DNA of 62,129 bases, the filler included. It is 11 parts of 11 records of this genome, joined end to end, with 100 filler letters (N's around TTAATTAATTAA, not from the genome) between each part and the next. Parts side by side here need not be neighbours in the genome. Positions count along the whole stretch, not along the records: positions 8,317 to 12,726 come from SRR7504441_4873; positions 12,827 to 21,365 come from SRR7504441_4878; positions 21,466 to 28,279 come from SRR7504441_4879; 8 more parts are not named here. One strand, given 5' to 3'. Positions 11,301-21,506 of this stretch are shown here, piece by piece; within the stretch, counting starts at the first letter, position 1; every line of letters begins with the position of its first letter. The translations under genes and the position numbers were made by a program. The notes beneath the pieces are model-generated. The model did not search any database. It was not told the origin of the DNA and saw only the letters and a list, made by a program, of their open reading frames with translations.

Positions 11301-12257
11301 GGTTTCCACAGCACCGCCCGGCTGATCCCACGGCTCCTTTGAGATCGCCGCACAAAGTTGGAAGGCCAGTTTAGAGGCCAGTTCTTCTTCTGGACAGAAG
11401 GCTCGGCGGTCGGGTCCTCCAACCGGTCGGTTGGCTGGCCCGACTCGTCATCTTGACTTGCGCTGGGCAAGTCGCCCATCCAGCCCTCCTTGTTGTTCAA
11501 CTCAGCGAGCGCGCGGGGCAAGCCAGCCGGCTTCTCAGGTTGCGGCCTGAAGTGGCTGTCGATGTGGTTCCGGAAGGTCGAGATCCGTTGCAGAAAGGTT
11601 GCTGAGTGGCAATGGTCCGAGTAGCGCCGATCACAGTGCGGACCTGCCGGAACATAAGTCTCAGCCAAGCCCTATTTAAGGGGGGGGGGGGGTACATTTA
11701 GGGTCGTCGTCAATGTCCTCCGGCTCCGGCTGTGCCGTGAGCCACTGCACAAGAAGGTACTCATTGGTCCTAGTGCCGACCCTCCCCGAGGCGAACTGGC
11801 CGATGGTGTGCGTGAGAGTGGATATCAGCTGATCGTCCGGCTTCATCAGAGCCGTCACGTCCCGGATGGTCCACATATGGTGGAACATCAAGTTCCGCAG
11901 CTTCTCCCGTTGCGGGAGCAGCGCCAGCTCCCTATCGGCCCACTCGGCCAGCCGGGCGAGCTGCTCCGGGTCTGGGTCCAACTTGTCCCGCAAGAACTTG
12001 CTGACATCGCCCTTCTTCATCCTGAGCTCGCGGTTGGCCTCCTCCTGCGATATGCTCCGCTCTTCGAGCACTTCCTTCACCTTAGTCTGCAGCTCCGAGT
12101 GCTGGCCGATCGGTTCAACACCCGGCGGCTCCGCACTGCGCTCCCCTCCGTTGTCAGGGTCCACAATTTCCCCCAAGAACTCCTCCAGTACATCAGTCAT
12201 TAGGTCGGGACCCTGCGGGAGCAGCCCGACGTCCAGCCCCGCAGGACTCGTGGACAT
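8365..12257 (-). CDS. Large multidomain chromatin protein: XRE-like HTH, C2H2, PHD + Zn-knuckle, Tudor, LysM-like, SAND, coiled coil, BRCT; ~5 introns
   Basis: GT-AG introns join ORFs 11676-12257, 10901-11668 and 8365-10725 in frame (DDDPK|CPHC..NHIDSH). PHD CDVC..CSCGVQVHRDCY..WLCEVC then CSICGKDGGAMK..WAHVRC; Tudor VGEEVWAAFDM|RLYRGQV..VHVKFDDDG; SAND FEKTAGSVCKNWKTSF; BRCT LAGIVLVVKG..GATVMKYLSKSVTHMVV..VIVVDESWL. Confidence 0.8.
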
Positions 12258-12726
12258 TGTGGGCGCTCCCCTCCCGCCACGCCAGCTACCGCCAATTCTT
12301 CCGTTGACTGAAGCCCGAAACGGAACAACCGCGGCACATGATCAGGCGTGATCAGGTTCTCGAGGTTCTATCCGTGTGCAGAAAGCTTAATTAGTTCGTA
12401 CAAGTTTCGTCTCAAGAGGCCACCATTTGGGGTTTGCAACAGCATCATATTTTTATCCTTGTAATATACACACGGTTGAACAAACAGAACTAAATCGACG
12501 ACGTACTCTGGATCTAATGAATCTAGACGTATTCATTACTAGTTGATTGACTCGTCGCTCTCATGATCACTTATGTACCAGCAGGCACCCTATCTATACA
12601 CGTAATTTGTGAGTCCATGATATCACAAATATGACTCATCTCATGGCTCAGTGGCTCAGTGAGTGATTCATGCATTATTCTGCCACTTACTTGTGTGATT
12701 ATCCGGGCCAGGACATCGAGCTGGAC

Positions 12727-12826
12727 NNNNNNNNNNNNNNNNNNNNNNNNNNNNNNNNNNNNNNNNNNNNTTAATTAATTAANNNNNNNNNNNNNNNNNN
12801 NNNNNNNNNNNNNNNNNNNNNNNNNN
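12727..12826. other. Artificial contig-joining spacer
   Basis: N44-TTAATTAATTAA-N44. Confidence 0.99.
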
Positions 12827-13012
12827 CTAGAGGGCCTTAGATAAATCACGATAACACAAGTAGTGTTCAAGACATTTATGCGACTCGTGCGCTCACTATG
12901 CGCTCACGGTGCCCCATTCAATGGTGTCCAATGATATAATTATTCAACACTGTGTTCAAGTGTAGGCACAACCCGATCAAATGAAATGATCCAAATTGAG
13001 ACACCTGTCAAT

Positions 13013-14266
13013 TCAAGAGAGGGAAGAGCTGGAAACAAACTCCTTAATCTGTGAGAACGAGTAGTCCTGATATTCGTAGTTGATCACACCCAGATGCCAT
13101 TTAGTTAATTCAGCCACAAGCTCCGGCTTTGCAGACACAAGTTCGGAGAGAGTGAAGCAAACTCCAGCGCAGCAGGCCGTGTCGCCAGCCTCTAAAGCTT
13201 GCTTGGCAGCGCAGGACAGCGCCTGCAACAAACTGCTTCCCATCTCTACCACCTCCGCACTCTTACTCACTTCAGCAATCGTGTCAACAGCGTGCGAGAC
13301 AGATCGTGAGTTGCCTGTCATCATTACTCGAGCCAGGGCGGCTAGCGTCTCCTGATTGGCGATCTCTGTCCGTATCTCCGAATCCTCCATGAGCGCCAAA
13401 TTGGCCAGCGCATTCGCAGCTTGTGCGCTGCAGTCGGCACTCGGTGAGTCTAGCATCTGCGTAAGAGCTGAGATCACCCCTGGCACCTGAACAATCTGTC
13501 TCGCGTTTTCGACATTCATCCATGCCAGATTGGACAGGGCTCCTGCCGCATATCTGCGGCCGGTTTCGTCGCCCGAGTTGAGGTGGAGTGCGATGACCTC
13601 GATGCACGATTCCACACGCCCAAGTCCGAACCGCACCTGCTCTTGCGCCGCCAGGTTTGCGAGCACAGCCACCGCCTCGCTCGAGCCGCCCGCCTGCTCC
13701 AGTCGGCCCATTCCGACCAGTGCCTCGAGCATCCCTTCCACCTGCGCGATCGCCAACTTGTTGTCTGGCTCGCGAGACAGCAACCGCAGCGCTGACGCCG
13801 CTTGCATCCGGGCCTCCGGCTCGGCACCCCTCAGCACCGCGACCAGCGCCTCATACACTCTCTGGTCGCTCAGCTCCGGCAGGTTGGAAGCGTCCTCGCA
13901 CATGTCGCGAATGGCCCGGGCGGCCGCGTCCCGCTCGGCCCCGACCCCGACCACTGCGCACCGGATCAGCGCCTCGAGCCCTTCCGGCGTCCCGGGGTCC
14001 GACGGCCCGACCTCGGCGGGCTCTGGCTCGTTGCGGGCCGGCAGCACCGCGCGCGTGCTGCTCCAGTTATGCCCCGCAAAGGCGGACCTCTCGGATCGGT
14101 CCCTCTGGTGCTGCGCCAATCTAGCTTGGAACCTGGAGAGTGGCTGGCTGCTCGGCGAGGCGGCGGCGCTGCTGTAGTGAGCGATCGCGGCCACCCGCTG
14201 GTAAGACTGCTGGCGCAGGCTCTCGAAGTCCGTCTCCCGAAGGGCCTCCGAGGTGAAACGCGACAT
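13013..14266 (-). CDS. Armadillo-repeat protein
   Basis: First ATG at 14266 (MSRFTSEAL); ~42-aa repeats AASALRLLS..NKLAIA..G.LEALV, AAGALSNLA..NARQIV..GVISAL, AANALANLA. Confidence 0.85.
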   Translation of the reverse strand: MSRFTSEALRETDFESLRQQSYQRVAAIAHYSSAAASPSSQPLSRFQARLAQHQRDRSERSAFAGHNWSSTRAVLPARNEPEPAEVGPSDPGTPEGLEALIRCAVVGVGAERDAAARAIRDMCEDASNLPELSDQRVYEALVAVLRGAEPEARMQAASALRLLSREPDNKLAIAQVEGMLEALVGMGRLEQAGGSSEAVAVLANLAAQEQVRFGLGRVESCIEVIALHLNSGDETGRRYAAGALSNLAWMNVENARQIVQVPGVISALTQMLDSPSADCSAQAANALANLALMEDSEIRTEIANQETLAALARVMMTGNSRSVSHAVDTIAEVSKSAEVVEMGSSLLQALSCAAKQALEAGDTACCAGVCFTLSELVSAKPELVAELTKWHLGVINYEYQDYSFSQIKEFVSSSSLS

Positions 14267-14558
14267 TGGATTCAAGCGACACGGAACAACACTCATCACA
14301 AAGCAGTTTAGCTTAGCTGACCAGTCAGCGGACTTGCCTACCTTGGTAGTGAGCCGATGGGGGGAGTCGCTCAACATCAGGCGCGACTTGTCCGAGTCGG
14401 TCCTTTCCAACGCGCACGTGCCCTCTAGAACCGCACTGTCAGCTTGGCGACTTGGAGTTACCGACCCTTTACCCCTACTTTATCCCCGTCGTGTTTGGGC
14501 ACCCTGACAGTGCAGACCCTCTCCAATTTGAAAAGGGTCAAGCCCGCGACATTTGAAG

Positions 14559-15679
14559 ATGCAGGGCCACGGTGTTCTTCCGACGCTGCTGCTGCCGCTC
14601 GTTGTGGCATGGGCCCACGAGGCCTACCGTCCCGAGCTGGCGTCGATCGGGCTCGACCTGTCCAACGCTGCCTACTGCGAGAGAGGACAGGTCACCCGCT
14701 GGGACTGCGTGCCGTGCCAAAGGCTCGCCGCGGCTGGCGTCGCCCCGGTGCAGACCCCCCGCGTGTTCGATGGCACTGTCGGCGGCTTCGGCAAGGTCAA
14801 ACGCTGGGGTGCGGTGCAAGCGGCCGGCCGCGGGCTGACGGAAGCGTTCAGGCACTCGGGCGGTTGTGACTCTGCTGTCAGAGGAGCGCATATCAGTCGC
14901 CTTCCGAGGCTCCGCCAACATCACCAACTGGATTGAGGATTTTGATTTCGTGGGGCTCGTGCCCTACCTGGACAGCTGCCCGGCGTGCCGAGTGCACCAA
15001 GGGTTTTACCTCTCATGGATGAGTCTGGCTCGCCGGGTGTCGGCAGCCGTGGTCGAGCTGCACCAACAGTTCCCCAAAGCGGACATCCTTGTGACTGGGC
15101 ACTCGCTGGGCGCGGCGCAGGCTGTACTGGCAGCCACCCATCTGTACTACAACGAGGGACTGCCCGTCACCCAGGTGGCTCTTGCCACACTCAGGCGGGT
15201 GCTGACCGAGTGCTACAATGTTAGGTCTATACCTTTGGTCAGCCTCGGGTGGGTAACAAGGCGTTCCACCATTTCTATAATAACGGAACCACTAAGCGTC
15301 AATACTCGAAGCCCGGCTCGTCGTTCCGGGTGGTACATTGGCGCGACCCGATTGCTATAGCACCATTTCGCTGGATGGGGTTCGAACACACCAGTACCGA
15401 AGTTTGGTACAACGAGGACTCAACAAACTACACGGTGTGTGGCTGTGCGTCAGCCGGGTGCTTTGCCGAGTCGGAGGGACTGCAGGTGTGTGATGGCTCT
15501 GGCGAAGACCCAAGCTGCTCTCGCTCCAAGCCGTTAAACCTGCTGCATTCGCACGACCATTCAACGGTATCCGGGCCTAGGAAGCATTTGGTGTAGTGTA
15601 GTTATATGTTGTGCTGAGTGTGTGTCACTTGCAGTATCTCGCACGAGCAACCGGAAGTCACTCGTGCATAAAATCTTAA
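14559..15679 (+). CDS. Secreted class-3 (fungal-type) lipase; ~4 introns
   Basis: Signal peptide, LSNAAYC, ISVAFRGSANITNWIEDFDF, CRVHQGFY, VTGHSLGAA (GxSxG), YTFGQPRVGN, FRVVHWRDP, FEHTSTEVWY, CDGSGEDPSCS, HDHST|YL; stop at 15677-15679. Confidence 0.93.
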
Positions 15680-15861
15680 AAATCAAATCAGCAATCTGTT
15701 AATTAAAATCAGACTTGAAGTCTTTAGTACTCAAGTAAACACATTGCAGCTATAGTGGATCGCGGTAGGCACTCTCCTTGTGTCCTGCAGCGATTGAAAG
15801 AAGGTCACTATGATCCTGTACGTTTAAGAGCTCTCAGCTCCTCTAAATTGTAAATGCAAAC

Positions 15862-16868
15862 ATGTCGGGAATTCAATTAGAAGCCCCAGCTCAGAAAGAA
15901 TCGACACTTAAATCGGCACCGACGCACTCATCACGCTTACATCACGCTAACACTCCGCCCGGACGGCCCGGTGCCGCGATCTACGCATAAGATAGTCTTG
16001 CAGATGAGAAAAAAAAAGTCGGCCCAAAAGTGGCAGCGGAGGCATGGCAGTGTAGCAGCGGGCTGCAGAGGGTGATGAAAACACAAGCCGCACGCCCAGA
16101 AACAGGGGGCAGGATGACATCCAGTCACAGCAGGCAAAGCTGACGAGGCACCAACAAGAGTCTTCAATTGCCACTGAATCGGCATTCAAGGAATTTGAAG
16201 CTGCGCGAGAACGGTTTCAGGCCCTGCTTAGTGGTATATTTGAATTGGGGTTTGCAGCGAACTCACGAGGCTGGTCGGGAAGGAAAGGTTAAGAAACCAG
16301 GGTCTCATGCAGAGACGAGCTTCGGGCGGTTATCAAGGTGCTGCACGCTGAGTAGGCAGTTCCTGAGAGCTCGAATGTAGGAATGCAAATCACTTGAAGC
16401 TGAGAATCAGCAACTTGTGGACGAGGCTTCTTCTGTATTCAATGGGGAGTCTGTGGCTTGGGCAATCACAACAGCCCTACCAGCAATCTGGAATTCTCAT
16501 GATGATGGGACAAGGTGACTAACTGATTGTGTCCGTGTACTAACTTGCGGTGTGCTTTAAGCTGTGGAAGCTCTCGAGCCCAACAGAATGAGGAGGAGCT
16601 TGAACTTTTGCTTTCAGCACTTCGAGTTGCATTGATACATGAAGAGTTTACGAGAGCGATGAGTTCGGCATGTACCAGTACGACCAAAACATCCAAAAGT
16701 GCGGCTGCAAAGGGATCGGTGCCTGTGCGGGCTGCTCAAGATATTCACAAAGACCAACAACAAGATCCACCCGACACGTCCTCGTCAAAGGCAGAGGATC
16801 GACCTTTGACAAGCACAACTATCAAGTCGGTGAAGTCCGACGTCTCTACGACATATTGTACTCTTTAG
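15862..16868 (+). CDS. Hypothetical multi-exon protein (coiled-coil-like)
   Basis: Open exon-like stretches (AFKEFEAARERFQALL, ECKSLEAENQQLVDE, NEEELELLLSALRVALIHEEF) separated by GT..AG segments; model approximate. Confidence 0.35.
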
Positions 16869-16930
16869 TTACTCTGCAGTAATATTAGATAGATGTGTTT
16901 TTGTTTAAAAATTATCTTGGTACGTAACGC

Positions 16931-17941
16931 CTACCAGCTGTTTGTACCTAGGCGCGAGAATCGGATGAATGCATGGCTAGAGTATCCAGGCACACTCATA
17001 ACATCGAGCCGACCGCCCATGAACCGGGCATTCAAGTCAACCATCGGGACCCCAAAACCAAGCCCAGAATAAGTGTGCCCAAAGTTACGCGAATAAGTGT
17101 AATCCATTTGAGCAGCGGGCGCTGTGGATCCAAAGAACAACCGCGATCGCTCGATCTGTCTTTCATCCATCCCGCCTCCGGTGTCGACGATCGCTATTCC
17201 AGCGAGGCTGTTGGATGCCCCTACTGTGATCTGCACTGGAGGCGCTTCATCGACATCAAGAGCCCCGTACTTGTCGATCATTGCACGGAACGAATTCTTG
17301 AGGATTTCGAGCACCATATAGTGCACCCGCCCGCCAACACAAGTAGCGTTAGCCTCACAGGCCCCTGAGACTTCGACCTCTGGCGCAACGCCGTACTTTT
17401 CCACAGTAAAAGCACGCGCATCAGCGGCTGCGAGTTCGCATAGCGGCGCAATCAGCCGGTCGGCTACCTGCTCGGCCCCATGCTCCTCGCCGGTGACCGC
17501 CGCGGCTGCAGCACGATGCTGACCCACCATCGTGCGCCACGCCAAGATGGTGCCATAGTTGGACTGCATCAGCTCCTGGGCTGGCCGTCGGCGCACCCAG
17601 CCGTCGCCCTTCTCGTACGCGGCTTTAGCTTCGAAAGTGAACCGCCGGAGCGCGTCCTCGAGCTCCTGGTGCACCTGGCCGAGCTCCTCCGCAAACCTGC
17701 CGCAATCGTCCATCTGCAGCCCAGCTGTGGAATCCGCCGCGACCTGCCAGCTCTGGGCTAGCTGACTGCAGGCCTCGAGCCCGGACAGCGCGTCCGGGGC
17801 GGATGCGCTGGCAGCGGCTCTGGCCCGGCCCGGCAGCCCAGATTCTCCCGCGAGGAAGGCCGCGGACCGACGCACAGTGGCTACAGTGGGCTCAGCGGCG
17901 AAGCGCTGCAGCTGCTGCAGCGTCACTGCCCTGAAGCCCAT
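16931..17941 (-). CDS. Pyruvate/branched-chain ketoacid dehydrogenase kinase family (PDK/BCKDK-like GHKL kinase)
   Basis: VTLQQLQRF..SAAFL N-domain; HYMVLEILKNSFRAMI (N box), IVDTGGGM (G1), SGLGFGVPM..ARFMGGRLDVMSVPGY (G2/G3). Confidence 0.9.
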   Translation of the reverse strand: MGFRAVTLQQLQRFAAEPTVATVRRSAAFLAGESGLPGRARAAASASAPDALSGLEACSQLAQSWQVAADSTAGLQMDDCGRFAEELGQVHQELEDALRRFTFEAKAAYEKGDGWVRRRPAQELMQSNYGTILAWRTMVGQHRAAAAAVTGEEHGAEQVADRLIAPLCELAAADARAFTVEKYGVAPEVEVSGACEANATCVGGRVHYMVLEILKNSFRAMIDKYGALDVDEAPPVQITVGASNSLAGIAIVDTGGGMDERQIERSRLFFGSTAPAAQMDYTYSRNFGHTYSGLGFGVPMVDLNARFMGGRLDVMSVPGYSSHAFIRFSRLGTNSW

Positions 17942-18067
17942 CTGCTATGCCCCGGTCCGGCACCGCCCAGTGCTATGTCCCTAGAGCAGCTGCTAGGGGC
18001 GGCCCTGCATGTAGCGCACCGGTCGACATCTGAATCTTGTGAATCTAACGGCTTCTTTTGTGCAGAC

Positions 18068-19100
18068 ATGGCCAGAGAAGCTCCGGAATTCACCGTGGCG
18101 GAGGAGGACGGGCAGGTCGTGGTGGAGGTGGCGCTGCCGACAGTGGAGAGCGCCGCGGAGCTGGACTGCGAGCTGGACGCCTCTGTCTTCCACCTGAGCG
18201 TGCAGGCCGAGCGCAGGTCAGGCCCGGGGTCCCCGCCGGTGCGCGAGCCGCCCAGGTCGAGCGGTTTCAATGCGCTGAGGCCAAGGAGCGTGCGGTCTGT
18301 GCATGCATTGTGGAAGCTTTTCACTCGGCGGACAGGCTGCCAGTGGCGACGCCTGGCCCGAGTTTCCGCAGGATTCGAGTTGCGACAACCCTCGAAAACT
18401 GCTAGATGTGAGTGGCGGTGTGCTGAGATTTGCTTGAGGCACGGTGGATGCAGGCCGCTGAGGCGATTTTTGAATGTGGTAAGACAGCAATGAACCAAGA
18501 AGAATTTCAATTGGCTGAGAAGAAGATGACAAAGGTAGGCCTAGTCGAGTCTCTCGCTGTGCTGGTTTGAAATGGCTGCTGCATCGCAGAGTCTGAGGTA
18601 CATTGAGCGTGCCTGCGCATGCACCGACCAAGCAAAAGAGCAGCAGCTGGCAGTTCTGCTCAGCAGGGCAATCTGGTGAGCTGCTCGTGGCGTGCTTGGG
18701 TCGGGCTGACAGGCCGTGCATACAGCCGCCATAATACGGGCCAGTTTTCTGCAGCTGTGCAAGATTGTGATGCCATGCTGCAGCTGGAAAGCGGCAATAT
18801 GAACGCCTTGTATTGGCGAGGATGCTCTTTGATGCAAGAGCCAACGAGGGAGGTCTGGTCCTTCATGATGCTGTCATATAATTATTGATGCTGTCATGAG
18901 CTTATGCGTAGTTGGTATGATTTTTGTCTCAGGGGAGCAACACACTCGCTTGCTTGAGAGAAGCCGCAAAGGACCTTGAGGAGGCAACAAGGTTATCCGA
19001 CAATCGAGCCACGTTTCTAGCCAAGCTACACGAGGTGCAAGCAAAAGTGAAAAAAGCCAAAACAAAAGAGAAATCTTTCTATAGCAATATGTTCTCTTGA
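18068..19100 (+). CDS. TPR co-chaperone (Cyp40/FKBP-type TPR) with N-terminal PIH1-CS-like segment; ~5 introns
   Basis: N-term VVVEVALPTVESAAELDCELD; TPRs AEAIFECGKTAMNQEEFQLAEKKMTK|SLRY, LLSRAIC|RHNTGQFSAAVQDCDAMLQLESGNMNALYWRG; C-term KEKSFYSNMFS stop at 19098-19100. Confidence 0.7.
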
Positions 19101-19160
19101 CTATAAGTATGTATGTGCATGTAACGGATTTGCTGATTTTAAAGATCCGGTCCACACTAT

Positions 19161-19889
19161 TTAGTCGAGTGCGCTCCTAGTCTGGGACCATGCTTTCAAA
19201 ATCCAACACACCCCCACCACCAATGTGACGACGGAGCTGTACCGTGCCAACGTATTGGGGAGATCGGGCCGGTGCAATCGCTTACCCAAAACAAAGGTTG
19301 CTTCGCCAATGGCTCCAGTGAACACACACATGGCGAGGCAGGTGCCCAGGCAGAAAGCAGTCAGATATACCATCGCCATGAACCTGGACAGCAGTAGGGC
19401 TGGGATCACCCCGAGCAAGTGGCCAGATCCGGAGAAGCCGTGAACGATACCAGTGATGAGCATCGCTCTCGGGCCCATCTGAGAGTAGTCGTGGCTGTGC
19501 CCGTGCCCGCCTGACGACAAGCCGGCCTCCGGGTCTTCCTCGAGCTCCTGGTGCGGGTCGTGCCGCTTGAGCCGCACCCCGGCCCGGCGCAGCCCCATCA
19601 GCCCGATCACCACCAGGGTCAGCCCCACCGCGAACTCCATGTAGTCGCTGGCCGTCTCCACCGCTGTCCCGCTGAAGCTCTCGCCCCCGATCGCCGTCTT
19701 GGCCAGCCAGGCCAGCGCACCCATCGAGCTGGCACCCAGTCCGTGCCCCACTCCCCATACCGCACCCACTCTAGCTGACTGATGCCAGCGAGATCCGACC
19801 GCCAGCGGCAGCAGGGCAGCCAGGTGGTCCGGTCCTGACACCGCGTGCAGGCCTCCCGCCGACGCCCCGGCAAACAGCGGACTGAGCAT
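19161..19889 (-). CDS. UreH/NiCoT-like nickel/cobalt transporter (multi-TM, His-rich loop)
   Basis: GGLHAVSGPDHLAALLP, WGVGHGLG, VGLTLVVIG, GGHGHSH loop, TGIVHGFSG..LLGVIPAL, YL..FCLGT..AM motifs; intronless, first ATG 19889. Confidence 0.88.
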   Translation of the reverse strand: MLSPLFAGASAGGLHAVSGPDHLAALLPLAVGSRWHQSARVGAVWGVGHGLGASSMGALAWLAKTAIGGESFSGTAVETASDYMEFAVGLTLVVIGLMGLRRAGVRLKRHDPHQELEEDPEAGLSSGGHGHSHDYSQMGPRAMLITGIVHGFSGSGHLLGVIPALLLSRFMAMVYLTAFCLGTCLAMCVFTGAIGEATFVLGKRLHRPDLPNTLARYSSVVTLVVGVCWILKAWSQTRSALD

Positions 19890-19957
19890 CTCGACCGGTG
19901 CAAATCCGTTGGAGCACTCGAGCACGCCGCACTGCCTCTCTGCAGTCGGCTGGTTGA

Positions 19958-20437
19958 ATGGCGGTTGTGTCTGCGGATCACGCGGACCCGGACCTGTACG
20001 CCGAGCACCTGCACAGTACCGGTGGGCTCGGGCCGCGGATCGTGAGCCCAGAGATGCTAGAGCAGCACTCCGGCGCCGAGAGCACTCGGTTCTGGGCGGT
20101 TGGACCCATCCACGGGCGTCCAGGTTGACCGGCTCTGCAGGTGGTGGATGGCTTCGTGGTCGACGCCACCGAGTTCCTCGATAGCCACCCAGGCGGGCTG
20201 CGCAAGCTCCTGGCCACCGACAAGCCGTCCAGTGGCGCCACGGGCCAACAATTCGGCTTCTCCTTCTCGCGGGGGCGCAACGCTCATTTCCCCCAGACAG
20301 GCCAGCGGTTCCGCGACGGGGTGGAGCGCTTCATGATGGGCGGGGCGGCGGACCAAGAAGGGCACCTGCCGCCGGTTGAGGTGGATTTCGCGCCACATGG
20401 CAAATTGCTGATTATAGGCCGATTGGGATCGGGATGA
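19958..20437 (+). CDS. Cytochrome b5-like heme-binding domain protein; 1 intron
   Basis: SPEMLEQH..FWA|VVDGFVVDATEFLDSHPGG after removing a 42-nt GT-AG intron; second candidate His in NAHF. Confidence 0.75.
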
Positions 20438-20735
20438 CCGTTGCGCCTAGTACTAAAACGCACAAGCTATATGCGCAGGCCTCCAGGCTCGCGGGACCTT
20501 TGTCCACGGATTGCGTCACTGCTTGATTGCCTTTCGATCGATTACGGATCGCACTGCACCGAAAGACGATAGTATGACGGCGTTGAGTTACCTAAGTGGA
20601 CTAAGCTATGATCCCCGTACAATGCTACTATTACTAGCATTACAGTGACCCTATTTGGTCAGTCGTAGCTGAAGTGCTTTCTTCGGAGGGGTGTTGGTTT
20701 TGCCTATTCCATCGATTGTGATCATTCACATCGTC

Positions 20736-21076
20736 CTATTTTGACTTGGCGGCCTTTTTGGCCTCCTTCTCGGCCTTCTTCCTTTCTTTCTCGAGCTTGT
20801 CTGCCGCAGCCTACAGGGCACAGGCACACACCAGACAGTGAGCAACGTCATGCCATCAGCCAGCCCACCTTAGCCTTAGCCTCCTTGTCCCCCTTCTTTG
20901 CGTCCCGCGCAGCCTTGGCCTTAGCCCAATCGCCCGAAGTGTCCTGGCCGATGGTGGAATTGGCGGAATTGGAGGCAGCCTGCCCGCCAGCACTCGTCAC
21001 GCGGTCGCATCTCGGCAGTCACCTTTTTAGCCTCGGCTTTCTTCTGCGCCTGGGCCTTCTGGGCTCCGCGCACCAT
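20736..21076 (-). CDS. Small basic SERF/ZNF706-N-terminus-like protein (~79 aa); 2 introns; absent from ORF track as a whole
   Basis: Spliced: MVRGAQKAQAQKKAEAKK|AASNSANSTIGQDTSGDWAKAKAARDAKKGDKEAKAK|AAADKLEKERKKAEKEAKKAAKSK; MxRGxQK start typical of the 4F5/SERF family. Confidence 0.75.
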
Positions 21077-21365
21077 CGTGTAGGACTCCTGCGGTGGCAA
21101 GTGATTGGCAGCGACGGCAGCGTGTGCCACATAATAAGGGGGGTGGGGTGGCTCAGGGCCTAAACAGGCGCTAGCTATCCACACGGCGCCAAGGGGGGCT
21201 ACAGCGGGCGCTGCACCGGCACGCGCCTGACGAAGCCGCTGTCAACGGCTTTCGTTTCTTGGCTAACGACAATCAAACTCGATTTTGCACCAATTGGCAC
21301 CCCTGATCGTCGACGAGGAGAGCATAGGCCGCGTGTGGAGGCGGACTGGGTGACCGGTGGGCCGG

Positions 21366-21465
21366 NNNNNNNNNNNNNNNNNNNNNNNNNNNNNNNNNNN
21401 NNNNNNNNNTTAATTAATTAANNNNNNNNNNNNNNNNNNNNNNNNNNNNNNNNNNNNNNNNNNNN
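21366..21465. other. Artificial contig-joining spacer
   Basis: N44-TTAATTAATTAA-N44. Confidence 0.99.
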
Positions 21466-21506
21466 GGGGCGCGCACGCCGCGCGACTCGAACACACGGCC
21501 TAGGCA

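Noticed and set aside
15665-15679. Lipase C-terminus CIKS as a CaaX motif
   Set aside because: The protein has a signal peptide, and a terminal Cys in this family is normally disulfide-bonded.
21226-21258. CTGACGA followed by the AGCCG/CGGCT stem, resembling a hammerhead ribozyme core
   Set aside because: The required GAAA after stem II is absent (TTCG follows) and stems I/III are not evident; only a simple hairpin.
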